A stretch of 35,807 nucleotides of DNA from Gammaproteobacteria bacterium (GTDB lineage: Bacteria; Pseudomonadota; Gammaproteobacteria; Pseudomonadales; Azotimanducaceae). The stretch spans positions 1 through 35,807 of the forward strand of contig JAUIKX010000001.1 in assembly GCA_030430515.1 (NCBI GenBank), given 5' to 3'. This document shows positions 9,068-17,465 of the stretch, piece by piece; the first letter of the stretch is position 1, and every line of letters starts with the position of its first letter. The position numbers were made by a program, and so were the translations under genes. The notes beneath the pieces were generated by a model, which worked only from the letters and a program-made list of their open reading frames with translations, was not told the origin of the DNA and did no database searches.

Positions 9068-9600
9068 AACGTCTCCAACAGCTCGCTCGAAGGATCTGCC
9101 TCACGCCGGCCGCCCCTCCGGAAGTTGGCGATCGCCGGCCACTCATTGCCGCTGAGGTCATCCCGCGCCCAGTCGAGCACCACCCGGCGGTCGGCAATCT
9201 TCCATTCGCCTGCGCGCGCTTCGAAGCGATCGAGATAGCGGCCGCCGACGAACGCCACCCTAGAGGAGGATGCGTCTGTGTAAGGGTGAAACGCAATGAA
9301 GTAGCTCTCCACCTGCGCGCTCAGCGCCGCAAGATTCAGCTCGATCAGAACATTGGTGATGTGGTGCTGAGCACCGTTGGCAGCCCCGTCCATGTTTTCG
9401 ACGATATATCGGGCGAAGTCGTGACCACTGCCCTGGAAGGTGCCGTGATCGTCCAGCGCATCCGTGTGATAGACCGACTTCAGCAGACCGACATCACCGC
9501 GGTCGACACCGCGGCAGTATCTGTAGAGCACGTCGCGAATCTGTTCCCGCGCAAGCAGTTCATCGACAGTCAAAGAGATTCCCTCCCGTAGAATCAGCAT
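9064..9600 (-). CDS. SnoaL-like / NTF2-fold protein (SnoaL_4 type)
   Basis: Trimmed to ATG 9600 because the longer ORF would overlap the RND gene. Sequence: TVDELLAREQIRDVLYRYCRGVDRGD...HHITNVLIEL...GRYLDRFEARAGEWKIADRRV. The stop overlaps the molybdoenzyme start (ATGA 9064..9067). Confidence 0.8.
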   Translation of the reverse strand: MLILREGISLTVDELLAREQIRDVLYRYCRGVDRGDVGLLKSVYHTDALDDHGTFQGSGHDFARYIVENMDGAANGAQHHITNVLIELNLAALSAQVESYFIAFHPYTDASSSRVAFVGGRYLDRFEARAGEWKIADRRVVLDWARDDLSGNEWPAIANFRRGGRREADPSSELLETL

Positions 9601-9616
9601 CAGAGTGTAACGCGAT

Positions 9617-12600
9617 TCAAGGCGCCGGGTTTCTCTCCTTGGCAAGCAGCACATAAAACGCCGGCACAACGAACAGCGTAAACAAGGTGCCGAGACCGAG
9701 GCCTGCAAAGATTACGAGCCCCATCTGCGACCGGCTCACAGAGCCTGCACCGGTAGCGAACACCAGCGGCATCATGGCCATGAGCATGGCGACGGTGGTC
9801 ATCAGAATCGGCCGGTAACGGGTAGCCGTCGCGCGGGCCACCGCATCCACTTTGTTGAGACCTTCCGAAATCTGAAGCTGGTTGGCGAAGTCGACGATCA
9901 GAATACCGTTCTTGGCAATCAGGCCGATCAGCGTGATGAGGCCGATCTGCGTATACAGATTCACTGAAGCAAAGCCGAGATAGATGAACAGCATGGCACC
10001 CGCAATGGACATCGGCACGGAGATCAGGATGATCAACGGGTCGCGCCAGCTTTCGTACTGCGCAGCGAGCACCAGGTATATCACCAGGAGCGACAGGAAA
10101 AAGGTATACATCAACGCGTTGCCCTGCTGCATGAGCTGACGGGACTCGCCGGTATAGTCGTAGCCGATGTTCTCGGGAAAGATCTCCTGCGCTGTCTCCT
10201 CCATGAACGCCATCGCATCGCCCAGCGACACCCCGGGCGCCATCAGACCGCTGACGGTCACGCTGTTGAGCTGCTGGAACTGCGCGCGCTGCGTCGGCTC
10301 GATCTCGTGGCGCAGGGATACGAAGCTGCCCAGCGGAATGAGCGAGCCGTCCTCGCTGCGCACGTGATAGTTCTCGAGCAGCGTTTCATCGAGCCGATAA
10401 CGCCTGGCCACCTGTGGGATGACCTCGTAGCTGCGTCCGGATTGATTGAAGCGGCTCACATAGCCACCACCCAGCAGCGTCGACAGGGTCGCCCCCAGCT
10501 CGTCCATATCCACGCCCAGGTCACCGGCCCGGTCCCGATCGATCATGAGGCGGGTGAGCGGCAGCGCAATCTCGGACGACTTGCGCAGATAGACGAAGTT
10601 GCCACTGCCGTAGGCACGGCCGATGAGCTGGTCCGATAGCTCCACAAGCTGTTCGTAAGCCGCGTCCCCCGTAATGACGAACTGGAGCGGCGTACCCCGC
10701 GCCGCTCCGGGCAGGGAGGGAAATGTGAAAACAGCGACCTGCACGCCCGCGATCTGACTGACCAGCCGCTGAGCTATGGGCTGCAGCTCCATCTGCGAGC
10801 GTTCGCGTTCATCCATGGATACAAAGCGGAAACCACCGAAGCTGCTGGCCGGAGTACCGCCACCGCCGATGAGAAAAAAGCTGCGCATGTATTCCGGTAT
10901 GCTCTCGAATGCTTCGACCACCTTCGCCGCATGGGCCTCTGCGTACTCGAGGGTTGCTGTCTCCGGTGCAGACATCTGAATGTTGACCACGCTGCGATCT
11001 TCCGTTGGCGCCAGCTCACGTGTGCTACCTTGATAAAGCAGGTAGATGGAACCGGTCACCGCAGCGGCGACAAGCAATGGCACGGGGAGAAAGCGAAGCG
11101 CACCGCGCAAGAGCGCCTGATGCATCCTGACCTGGAGGCTGAACACTTTATCCACGAAGTGCTCGAGCCGGTTGCCATGCTCCCGATCCGGCAGAATGCG
11201 ACCCGAGAGCATCGGCGCAAGCGTGAGTGCAACGATTCCGGAGATCACCACTGCTCCGGCCAGCGAGTACGCAAACTCGGTAAAGAGCGCACCGGCAAGA
11301 CCGCCCATGAAGCCGATCGGTGCGTACACGGCAACCAGCGTCGTCGTCATGGAAATGACCGGCATCACAAGTTCCCGCGCTCCGATCATCGCTGCATCAA
11401 TGGGCTTTCGGCCGTTCATGATATGCCGGTGCACGTTTTCAACCACAACGATGGCATCGTCGACCACCAGGCCGATCGCGAGCAGCATGGCCAGCAGTGT
11501 CAGCACGTTGATTGAAAATCCGAACAGCAGCATCAGGAAAGCACCACCGATCAGGGAAAGCGGCACCGCCAGCGCCGGAATCACCGCGGCCTGCCAGGTG
11601 CCGAGCGACAGAAATATCACGAGCAGAACGATGCCCACAGCTTCGGCAAGTGTCTGGTACACCTCATCGATGGAGTTGCGGATGTCCTCACTGCCATCGA
11701 AGACCAGGTTCAGCTTCACGCCCGGCGGCAGCTGATCGATGATATCGGGCAGCAGCGCGTTGAGCTCTTCCGACAACGACAACGGATTCGCGCCCGGAGT
11801 TGGCGTAACGCCCAGCATGATCGCCGGCCGACCGCTGAACCAGCTTTCCTGGTCCGGGTTACTGGTGGACAGCTCTACTTCAGCAACGTCTTTGAGTCGG
11901 GTCACCGCACCATCGTCGGTGCGCAGCACGAGATTTTCGAACTCCGTCACGGTGGTCAGGTTGGTGGTTGCGGACAGGTTGACCTTTATGCTGTCGCCTT
12001 TGGTCTGCCCCACTGCCGACTGCACGTTCTCCTCGAGGAGCGCACGCCGCACTTCCGCCGCGGTCATATCCAGGGCCGTCAGCCGAACGGGATCCAGCCA
12101 CACCCGAAGCGCCATGGACTGCTCGCCGTTGATGCCAGCCTTGGCCACGCCGGGCAGTGCCTGAATACGCGGGATGATGCTGCGCAGCGTGTAGTCGGCC
12201 ATCTGCGCGGTATTCATGTGATCGCTTGTCAGCGCGAGATAGATCAGAGCCCAGCCCTCGCTGGTACTCAGCGATATCACAGGGTCCAGCGCTTCACGCG
12301 GCAGGTTGTTGCGTTCCCCGGCCACCTTGCCCTGGATTTCCGCCAGCGCATCGTAGGGGTCGTAGTTCAGCGACATGTACGCCTGAATCATCGACACCCC
12401 CTGGCGGGAGGTGGACGTGACGTAGTCGAGCCCTTCGGCTTCGGAAGCGGCCCGCTGCAGCGGCTCGGTGATAAAAGACTGCACGAGGTCGGCATCGGCG
12501 CCAGGAAACGCGGTCGTCACCGTCACCAGCGCCTGCTCCGTTTTCGGATACTCCCTAACCTCCAGAGATAGCAGCGAACGCACGCCCAGCAGGAGAATCA

Positions 12601-12658
12601 GCAGGCTGATAACGGTTGCCAGTACAGGGCGCTGAACGAAAATATCCGTGAACTTCAT
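9617..12658 (-). CDS. RND efflux transporter permease subunit (AcrB/HAE1-like)
   Basis: 1013 aa. N-terminus MKFTDIFVQRPVLATVISLLILLLG, 12-TM style architecture and typical VVDDAIVVVENV and ILIVDFANQL motifs. Confidence 0.95.
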   Translation of the reverse strand: MKFTDIFVQRPVLATVISLLILLLGVRSLLSLEVREYPKTEQALVTVTTAFPGADADLVQSFITEPLQRAASEAEGLDYVTSTSRQGVSMIQAYMSLNYDPYDALAEIQGKVAGERNNLPREALDPVISLSTSEGWALIYLALTSDHMNTAQMADYTLRSIIPRIQALPGVAKAGINGEQSMALRVWLDPVRLTALDMTAAEVRRALLEENVQSAVGQTKGDSIKVNLSATTNLTTVTEFENLVLRTDDGAVTRLKDVAEVELSTSNPDQESWFSGRPAIMLGVTPTPGANPLSLSEELNALLPDIIDQLPPGVKLNLVFDGSEDIRNSIDEVYQTLAEAVGIVLLVIFLSLGTWQAAVIPALAVPLSLIGGAFLMLLFGFSINVLTLLAMLLAIGLVVDDAIVVVENVHRHIMNGRKPIDAAMIGARELVMPVISMTTTLVAVYAPIGFMGGLAGALFTEFAYSLAGAVVISGIVALTLAPMLSGRILPDREHGNRLEHFVDKVFSLQVRMHQALLRGALRFLPVPLLVAAAVTGSIYLLYQGSTRELAPTEDRSVVNIQMSAPETATLEYAEAHAAKVVEAFESIPEYMRSFFLIGGGGTPASSFGGFRFVSMDERERSQMELQPIAQRLVSQIAGVQVAVFTFPSLPGAARGTPLQFVITGDAAYEQLVELSDQLIGRAYGSGNFVYLRKSSEIALPLTRLMIDRDRAGDLGVDMDELGATLSTLLGGGYVSRFNQSGRSYEVIPQVARRYRLDETLLENYHVRSEDGSLIPLGSFVSLRHEIEPTQRAQFQQLNSVTVSGLMAPGVSLGDAMAFMEETAQEIFPENIGYDYTGESRQLMQQGNALMYTFFLSLLVIYLVLAAQYESWRDPLIILISVPMSIAGAMLFIYLGFASVNLYTQIGLITLIGLIAKNGILIVDFANQLQISEGLNKVDAVARATATRYRPILMTTVAMLMAMMPLVFATGAGSVSRSQMGLVIFAGLGLGTLFTLFVVPAFYVLLAKERNPAP

Positions 12659-12667
12659 CCGCTCGCC

Positions 12668-13786
12668 CTAGTCGCTCACGTTTTCCGGCAACAGCACGCT
12701 TTCACCGATCACCACCCGCTGCCCTTCGCGTAGCTTTAAGTGCCCTGTATGCACCACCCGCTGGTCGACGGCGAGACCCGAGAGAATCTCCACACGATGA
12801 TCCCGGGTGCGGCCCACCGAGATCGGCTGCCGCCGAACTGTCAGGCCATCGGCGGTTTCATCGATGACGAAAACCGATTCACCGTAGGCAAAGAAGCTCA
12901 CCGCCGTGCGTGGCAGAGTGAGCACCGGCTCCGCGCCGCTGAGGATGAGATGTACTGTAGCGAACATACCTGGCTGCAGGCGCCGCTCAGGATTGGCGAG
13001 ACGGCCGCGCAGTTTGAGGGTACGGCTGCGCACATCCACATCCGGACTCACCACGGTCAGCTCCCCCTCAAAGACCTGTTCAGGCCAGGCTGCAACCCTG
13101 ACTTCCAGACGCTGGCCGGTCGCAAGCGCCGCTCGATGCCGCTCCGGCACCGTGAAATCCACATGGATCGGATCGAGGCTTTGCAGGCCGACTATCGGTT
13201 CGCCGGCCGCAACGATATCGCCCAGGCTCACCTGACGGATGCCCAGCACCCCATCGAACGGCGCTTTGACCGCCGTCCGCTCAAGGCGTACCTGCTGACG
13301 CTGGACCTGTGCCTGAAGGCTCGCCATCTGCGACTGGGTACGATCGAGCAGCGACTGAGAGAATGCCGCGGAGCCCCTCAGACGCCGCACCCGCTCGTTC
13401 TCGAGACGCGCAAGCTTCAGATCCGCCTTGAGCGATTCGAGCTGCGCCTGATCCTCGGAGCCGTCGAGACGCAGCAGCACATCCCCTCTCGCCACCGCCG
13501 CACCGGAGTGGAAGTTGATCTCCACCACCTTGCCGGGCACTTCTGACGCCAGCGACACATCCTGGATGGCAGACAGATCGCCATACGCCTCGATCCGACG
13601 CGCCCAGGGTGTGCGTTCCACCCGGGTATCGGTCACCACCGCCGGCGGCGGTCCGCCGGCCATGACGGCTGTCCGCGCAGCATTCTGACTCTGCTTGTAC
13701 ATCCAGACGCCGCCGCCAACCGCACCGATAATGAGCAACGTGAGCAAAATTCTGAGAAACACTGACTGGCCGCTTAGCTTTGACAA
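12668..13786 (-). CDS. RND efflux periplasmic adaptor (membrane fusion protein)
   Basis: 372 aa with a TTG start and an N-terminal anchor. It has coiled-coil and barrel motifs typical of HlyD_D23 adaptors. It lies 9 nt upstream of the permease gene. Confidence 0.9.
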   Translation of the reverse strand: MSKLSGQSVFLRILLTLLIIGAVGGGVWMYKQSQNAARTAVMAGGPPPAVVTDTRVERTPWARRIEAYGDLSAIQDVSLASEVPGKVVEINFHSGAAVARGDVLLRLDGSEDQAQLESLKADLKLARLENERVRRLRGSAAFSQSLLDRTQSQMASLQAQVQRQQVRLERTAVKAPFDGVLGIRQVSLGDIVAAGEPIVGLQSLDPIHVDFTVPERHRAALATGQRLEVRVAAWPEQVFEGELTVVSPDVDVRSRTLKLRGRLANPERRLQPGMFATVHLILSGAEPVLTLPRTAVSFFAYGESVFVIDETADGLTVRRQPISVGRTRDHRVEILSGLAVDQRVVHTGHLKLREGQRVVIGESVLLPENVSD

Positions 13787-13857
13787 CCCGATATTGTCGC
13801 ACAGCAGGCGTCTCAGGCTAACCTCAGTCCGAACGTGGTGCGCCGGCTGATGGCATT

Positions 13858-13867
13858 CTGATATCAG
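13858..13867. promoter_or_regulatory. perfect 10-bp palindrome CTGATATCAG in the divergent intergenic region (candidate operator)
   Basis: Read directly. It lies between the adaptor start (13786, minus) and the ATG at 13895 (plus). No cognate regulator gene is visible nearby. Confidence 0.3.
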
Positions 13868-13894
13868 GTTGCAACGTTACAAGAAACCAATACG

Positions 13895-14440
13895 ATGCCC
13901 TCAAACAAGACAAGGAACGTTTTTGTGGCAATTCGTATCGGTTTATTTTTGCTGGCACTGCTGACAACCCTCGAGGCGGATGCCCAGACACCAGAGTCTC
14001 TGGGCATCAATGCACAGGTTTCTCTCTCTCAATATCAGAGCATGAGTCGCCGCTCATCGTTTTCGCATACCAAAAGACACTTCGTTCCCGGCAGAAAACT
14101 CCGCACCGGCGACGAGTTCAGCTGGCAACGGCATACCACGCTCGGCATCAGCGGCGTGATCGATCAGAAAGACGGAAAAATCCTGCACACGCTAACGGCC
14201 TGGATCCCACCGGAGGGTAGCCCGGAAGACGTGAAGCCCATCTACGAGACCAATACGATCTCACCGGGGCTGAAGTTCGACCACCACATCACGATCACGC
14301 GCCCCGACCACAAGATCAAGGGCCAGTGGCGGGTGGAACTCGTACTGCTGGAACTCGGCAGCGAAAACTACAACCCCAAATACTCAGAGGAGCCGCCGCT
14401 TTTCGTCCCGATCTACGCGCAGGATTTCACCATGAACTGA
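13895..14440 (+). CDS. secreted hypothetical protein
   Basis: 181 aa with signal peptide MPSNKTRNVFVAIRIGLFLLALLTTLEADA. Visibly more AT-rich than the flanking genes. No family recognised. Confidence 0.6.
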   Translation: MPSNKTRNVFVAIRIGLFLLALLTTLEADAQTPESLGINAQVSLSQYQSMSRRSSFSHTKRHFVPGRKLRTGDEFSWQRHTTLGISGVIDQKDGKILHTLTAWIPPEGSPEDVKPIYETNTISPGLKFDHHITITRPDHKIKGQWRVELVLLELGSENYNPKYSEEPPLFVPIYAQDFTMN

Positions 14441-14490
14441 GGCGGTTACAATGCCTGATCCACATCTGCAGGCGTCAGGAAAGAACGGCT

Positions 14491-15675
14491 ATGACTGAAC
14501 TCGAAACTTTCACAGACGAAGTCAGGACTTTCTTCTCCGAGAAGCTCACCCCAGACCTCCAGAAGGCAGGGCATCTGGAGGCCGGCATCTACGCCGAAAA
14601 AGACGTCGCCGTACCGTGGATCCAGATTCTCGACGCTCAGGGCTGGGCTGCACCCGGCTGGCCTGTGCAATGGGGCGGCACCGGCTGGTCGGCGGAGCAG
14701 CATCTGATCTGGCAGCGGGAGTACACGCTCGCCATGGCGCCGAGCCTGCCGCCCAACGGCCTGCGTATGGTCGCGCCCGCGATCATGCACTACGGAACGG
14801 ATGAGCAGAAAAACTTCTACCTGCCACGCATCCGCCAGGGCCTCGACTGGTGGGCGCAGGGTTACTCCGAGCCCGGCTCCGGGTCGGACCTCGCGTCATT
14901 GCAGTGCGCCGCCGTTCGCGATGGCGACAGCTACGTGATCAACGGCACCAAGATCTGGACGACGCACGCCCATTACTGCAACCGCATGTTCTGCCTCGTG
15001 CGCACGGACAGCTCAGGCATCAAGCAGCAGGGCATCACCTTTCTGCTGTTCGACATGGATCTGCCGGGCATCGAGGTCAAACCGATCATCTCCATGTCGG
15101 GCGACCACGAATTCAATCAGGTGTTCTTCAACGATGTACGCGCACCGGTGTCGGGACGGCTCGGCGACGAGAACGATGGCTGGTCGGTGGCCAAGTATCT
15201 GCTCACCCACGAGCGCGGCGGCAAATCAGCTACCGCTCTGCTCATGCGCGTGGCGCACCTCCGGCAATTCGTCGAGGATCAGGCGGCTGACGGACTCGAC
15301 CTGCGCTATGACAACACCTTCATGGGGCGAATCGCAGACCTCGACATCGAGCTGATGCGCTACGGCGCCTTCGAAAACAAGGTGTTCGAAACCGTGGCCG
15401 CGGGTGAGTCCGTGGGCGCCATCTCCTCCGCGCTGAAGATCCGCCGCACGGAGCTTCGCCAGCAGATCGACGAAGTCGTGCTCGAAGCCGTGCACCACTA
15501 TGGCCTGCCCTACCAGCCGCAGATCCGCGAATACAGAAATTCAGACCAGCCCATCGGCTCCTTCACCGCCGCCACCGCCATGCCCCGTTACCTGAACAAT
15601 CGGGCAGCAACCATCTATGCCGGCTCCAACGAGATTCAGCGGGACATTCTGGCCAAGCGCGAGCTGGGGCTCTAG
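14491..15675 (+). CDS. acyl-CoA dehydrogenase family protein
   Basis: Trimmed from ORF 14326.. to ATG 14491, which has AGGAAAG upstream. Sequence runs MTELETFTDEVRTFF...WGGTGWSAEQHLIWQRE... with ACAD middle and C-terminal motifs (YVINGTKIWTT, IYAGSNEIQRDILAK). Confidence 0.9.
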   Translation: MTELETFTDEVRTFFSEKLTPDLQKAGHLEAGIYAEKDVAVPWIQILDAQGWAAPGWPVQWGGTGWSAEQHLIWQREYTLAMAPSLPPNGLRMVAPAIMHYGTDEQKNFYLPRIRQGLDWWAQGYSEPGSGSDLASLQCAAVRDGDSYVINGTKIWTTHAHYCNRMFCLVRTDSSGIKQQGITFLLFDMDLPGIEVKPIISMSGDHEFNQVFFNDVRAPVSGRLGDENDGWSVAKYLLTHERGGKSATALLMRVAHLRQFVEDQAADGLDLRYDNTFMGRIADLDIELMRYGAFENKVFETVAAGESVGAISSALKIRRTELRQQIDEVVLEAVHHYGLPYQPQIREYRNSDQPIGSFTAATAMPRYLNNRAATIYAGSNEIQRDILAKRELGL

Positions 15676-17054
15676 ACCAGTAGTGACCTCAGGTGCGGGT
15701 TCAACATGCGCCCCGCAGGATCGAGAGCGGCCCTCACCTCGGAGAACGCCTGCCATTGCGGGTACAGCGTTTTGAGCTGCCCCGCCTGCAGCGAGTGCAG
15801 CTTGCCCCAGTGCGGCCGCCCTTCGTACCGCCAGAAGATCGGTTCCACCGCATCGAAGTACGGCCGGTAGTCCTCATCAGCAAACTGGTGAACCGAGATC
15901 GAAGCGCCTTCCCGCTCGTGAAACATACTGAGCCAGATATCGTCCGCCTTCGTGTATCGATACTCGATGGGAAACACCACCGGAACGGATTCCTCACGAA
16001 TGTAGTCCAGCACGTCGACGAGGCACTGCGGTCCCGCATGCGCCGGCACCGTGTATTCCATCTCGCGGAATCTAAGCAGCCGATCGTGGGTCAGCACCGC
16101 ATGGCCCGGACCCCGGCGGATTCCGGGCACATCCGAGCCCAGCATGCCCAACGCGCTGTTGTAGAGAAAATCGCCGACCAGCGGCAGGGTGCCGATGCTC
16201 TGGTAGGCATCGCGCAGCGCATAGGCCGCGAGCGGGTCTTCCGTTTCCTGTTCGGCCGCCACCGGCCCGTCGATCTCGTTGGTGCGAATGACGAGGGCGA
16301 GATCTGTGTGCGGAAACGCGTAAAGCTCGAAATTGCGATTGTTCGCCCGTTCTTCGTCAATGCGCTCGAGCACTTCCGGTAACCGCTCGAACTGCGAACG
16401 CTCCTCCAGGAACATCGCAGGTACGGTCGACACGGTGATCCGGGTGACGATACCCAGAGCCCCCAGCGAGCACCTGGCGGCATGAAAAACATCCGCGTTC
16501 TTGTCAGCGCTGCATTCGATCAGCTCGCCCGCAGGCGTCGCGATGGTCAGCGCCCTGATGAAGCTCGACAACGAACCGAAGTTGTGCCCGGCACCATGGG
16601 TCGATGTCGCCGTGGCCCCCGAAATGGTCTGATAGTTGATATCAGGCAGGTTCGGCAGTGCGTGGCCTTGTGCGTGCAGCGCAGGACCGAGCTGGTGCAG
16701 CCGGGTTCCCGACCAGACTTCAGCCGTGTGCGCGGCATCGTCAACCGCAATCACCCCGTTCAGCCGGTCGGTTGCGACCAGCGTGCCATCCGTAGGCACC
16801 AGGGCGCTGAACGAATGTCCGGAACCCACCGGTCGGATAGCGCCGCCTCGCGACATGAGCGCAAGCAGTTCGTCTTCTGTCTCCGGCGCCGCCCGTCCTG
16901 CCGGCACGCAGCCCTGGTTGGCCGCCCAGTTGATCCAGGGCAGGGTCTCCCCTGGGGTGAAATCGAGCCCCGTGCCCTGGTCCGGCCCGGTAGTACCCGG
17001 CTTGCAGCCGCCAACCGCAAGAAGCGGCGCGCCGAGAAAGACCCGCCGCCTCAT
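15672..17054 (-). CDS. FAD-linked oxidoreductase of the D-arabinono-1,4-lactone / L-gulonolactone oxidase (ALO) type with a Tat-lipoprotein-like signal
   Basis: 460 aa. The N-terminus MRRRVFLGAPLLAVGGC carries a twin-Arg motif plus a lipobox-like Cys. FAD_binding_4 motif RPVGSGHSFS. ALO C-terminal motif GRPHWGKLH. Confidence 0.85.
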   Translation of the reverse strand: MRRRVFLGAPLLAVGGCKPGTTGPDQGTGLDFTPGETLPWINWAANQGCVPAGRAAPETEDELLALMSRGGAIRPVGSGHSFSALVPTDGTLVATDRLNGVIAVDDAAHTAEVWSGTRLHQLGPALHAQGHALPNLPDINYQTISGATATSTHGAGHNFGSLSSFIRALTIATPAGELIECSADKNADVFHAARCSLGALGIVTRITVSTVPAMFLEERSQFERLPEVLERIDEERANNRNFELYAFPHTDLALVIRTNEIDGPVAAEQETEDPLAAYALRDAYQSIGTLPLVGDFLYNSALGMLGSDVPGIRRGPGHAVLTHDRLLRFREMEYTVPAHAGPQCLVDVLDYIREESVPVVFPIEYRYTKADDIWLSMFHEREGASISVHQFADEDYRPYFDAVEPIFWRYEGRPHWGKLHSLQAGQLKTLYPQWQAFSEVRAALDPAGRMLNPHLRSLLV

Positions 17055-17389
17055 GGCGAAGCCCCTGAATCAGCAAGTCCGCTGAGCGCTTCGACGAGGT
17101 GACGGATCTCCGCTTCCGTGCAATACCCGCATGTGCCGAGCGGCGGCATACTGCCCTTGCCGAGCACGGTGTTACGCACCAGCACCTCGAAGCCCTGGGC
17201 GTTACGCTCGCGCCACATGTTTGTGTCACCCATCACCGGCGCCGTGGTTTCCGCGCGGGAGTGGCATTCAGCGCAGATCACCGCAAGCACCTGCGCTTCA
17301 CGGGGACTGAGATCCACTGCCCACGAATTCGTGGCAAACAATCCTATGACAACTGACGACATTGACCTGAACATCTGAAGTACCCGCAT
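17051..17389 (-). CDS. monohaem c-type cytochrome (class I), exported
   Basis: Trimmed to ATG 17389, with GGAGG 5 nt upstream. Signal peptide MRVLQMFRSMSSVVIGLFATNSWA, haem motif CAECH and distal GSMPP. The stop overlaps the flavoenzyme start (ATGA 17051..17054). Confidence 0.8.
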   Translation of the reverse strand: MRVLQMFRSMSSVVIGLFATNSWAVDLSPREAQVLAVICAECHSRAETTAPVMGDTNMWRERNAQGFEVLVRNTVLGKGSMPPLGTCGYCTEAEIRHLVEALSGLADSGASP

Positions 17390-17465
17390 CACTGCCTCCG
17401 GGCTAAGGATAAGCCCATCCTGAAAGTGGATGCGACACGAATAGCGCGTCTCGACAATGAACGGA

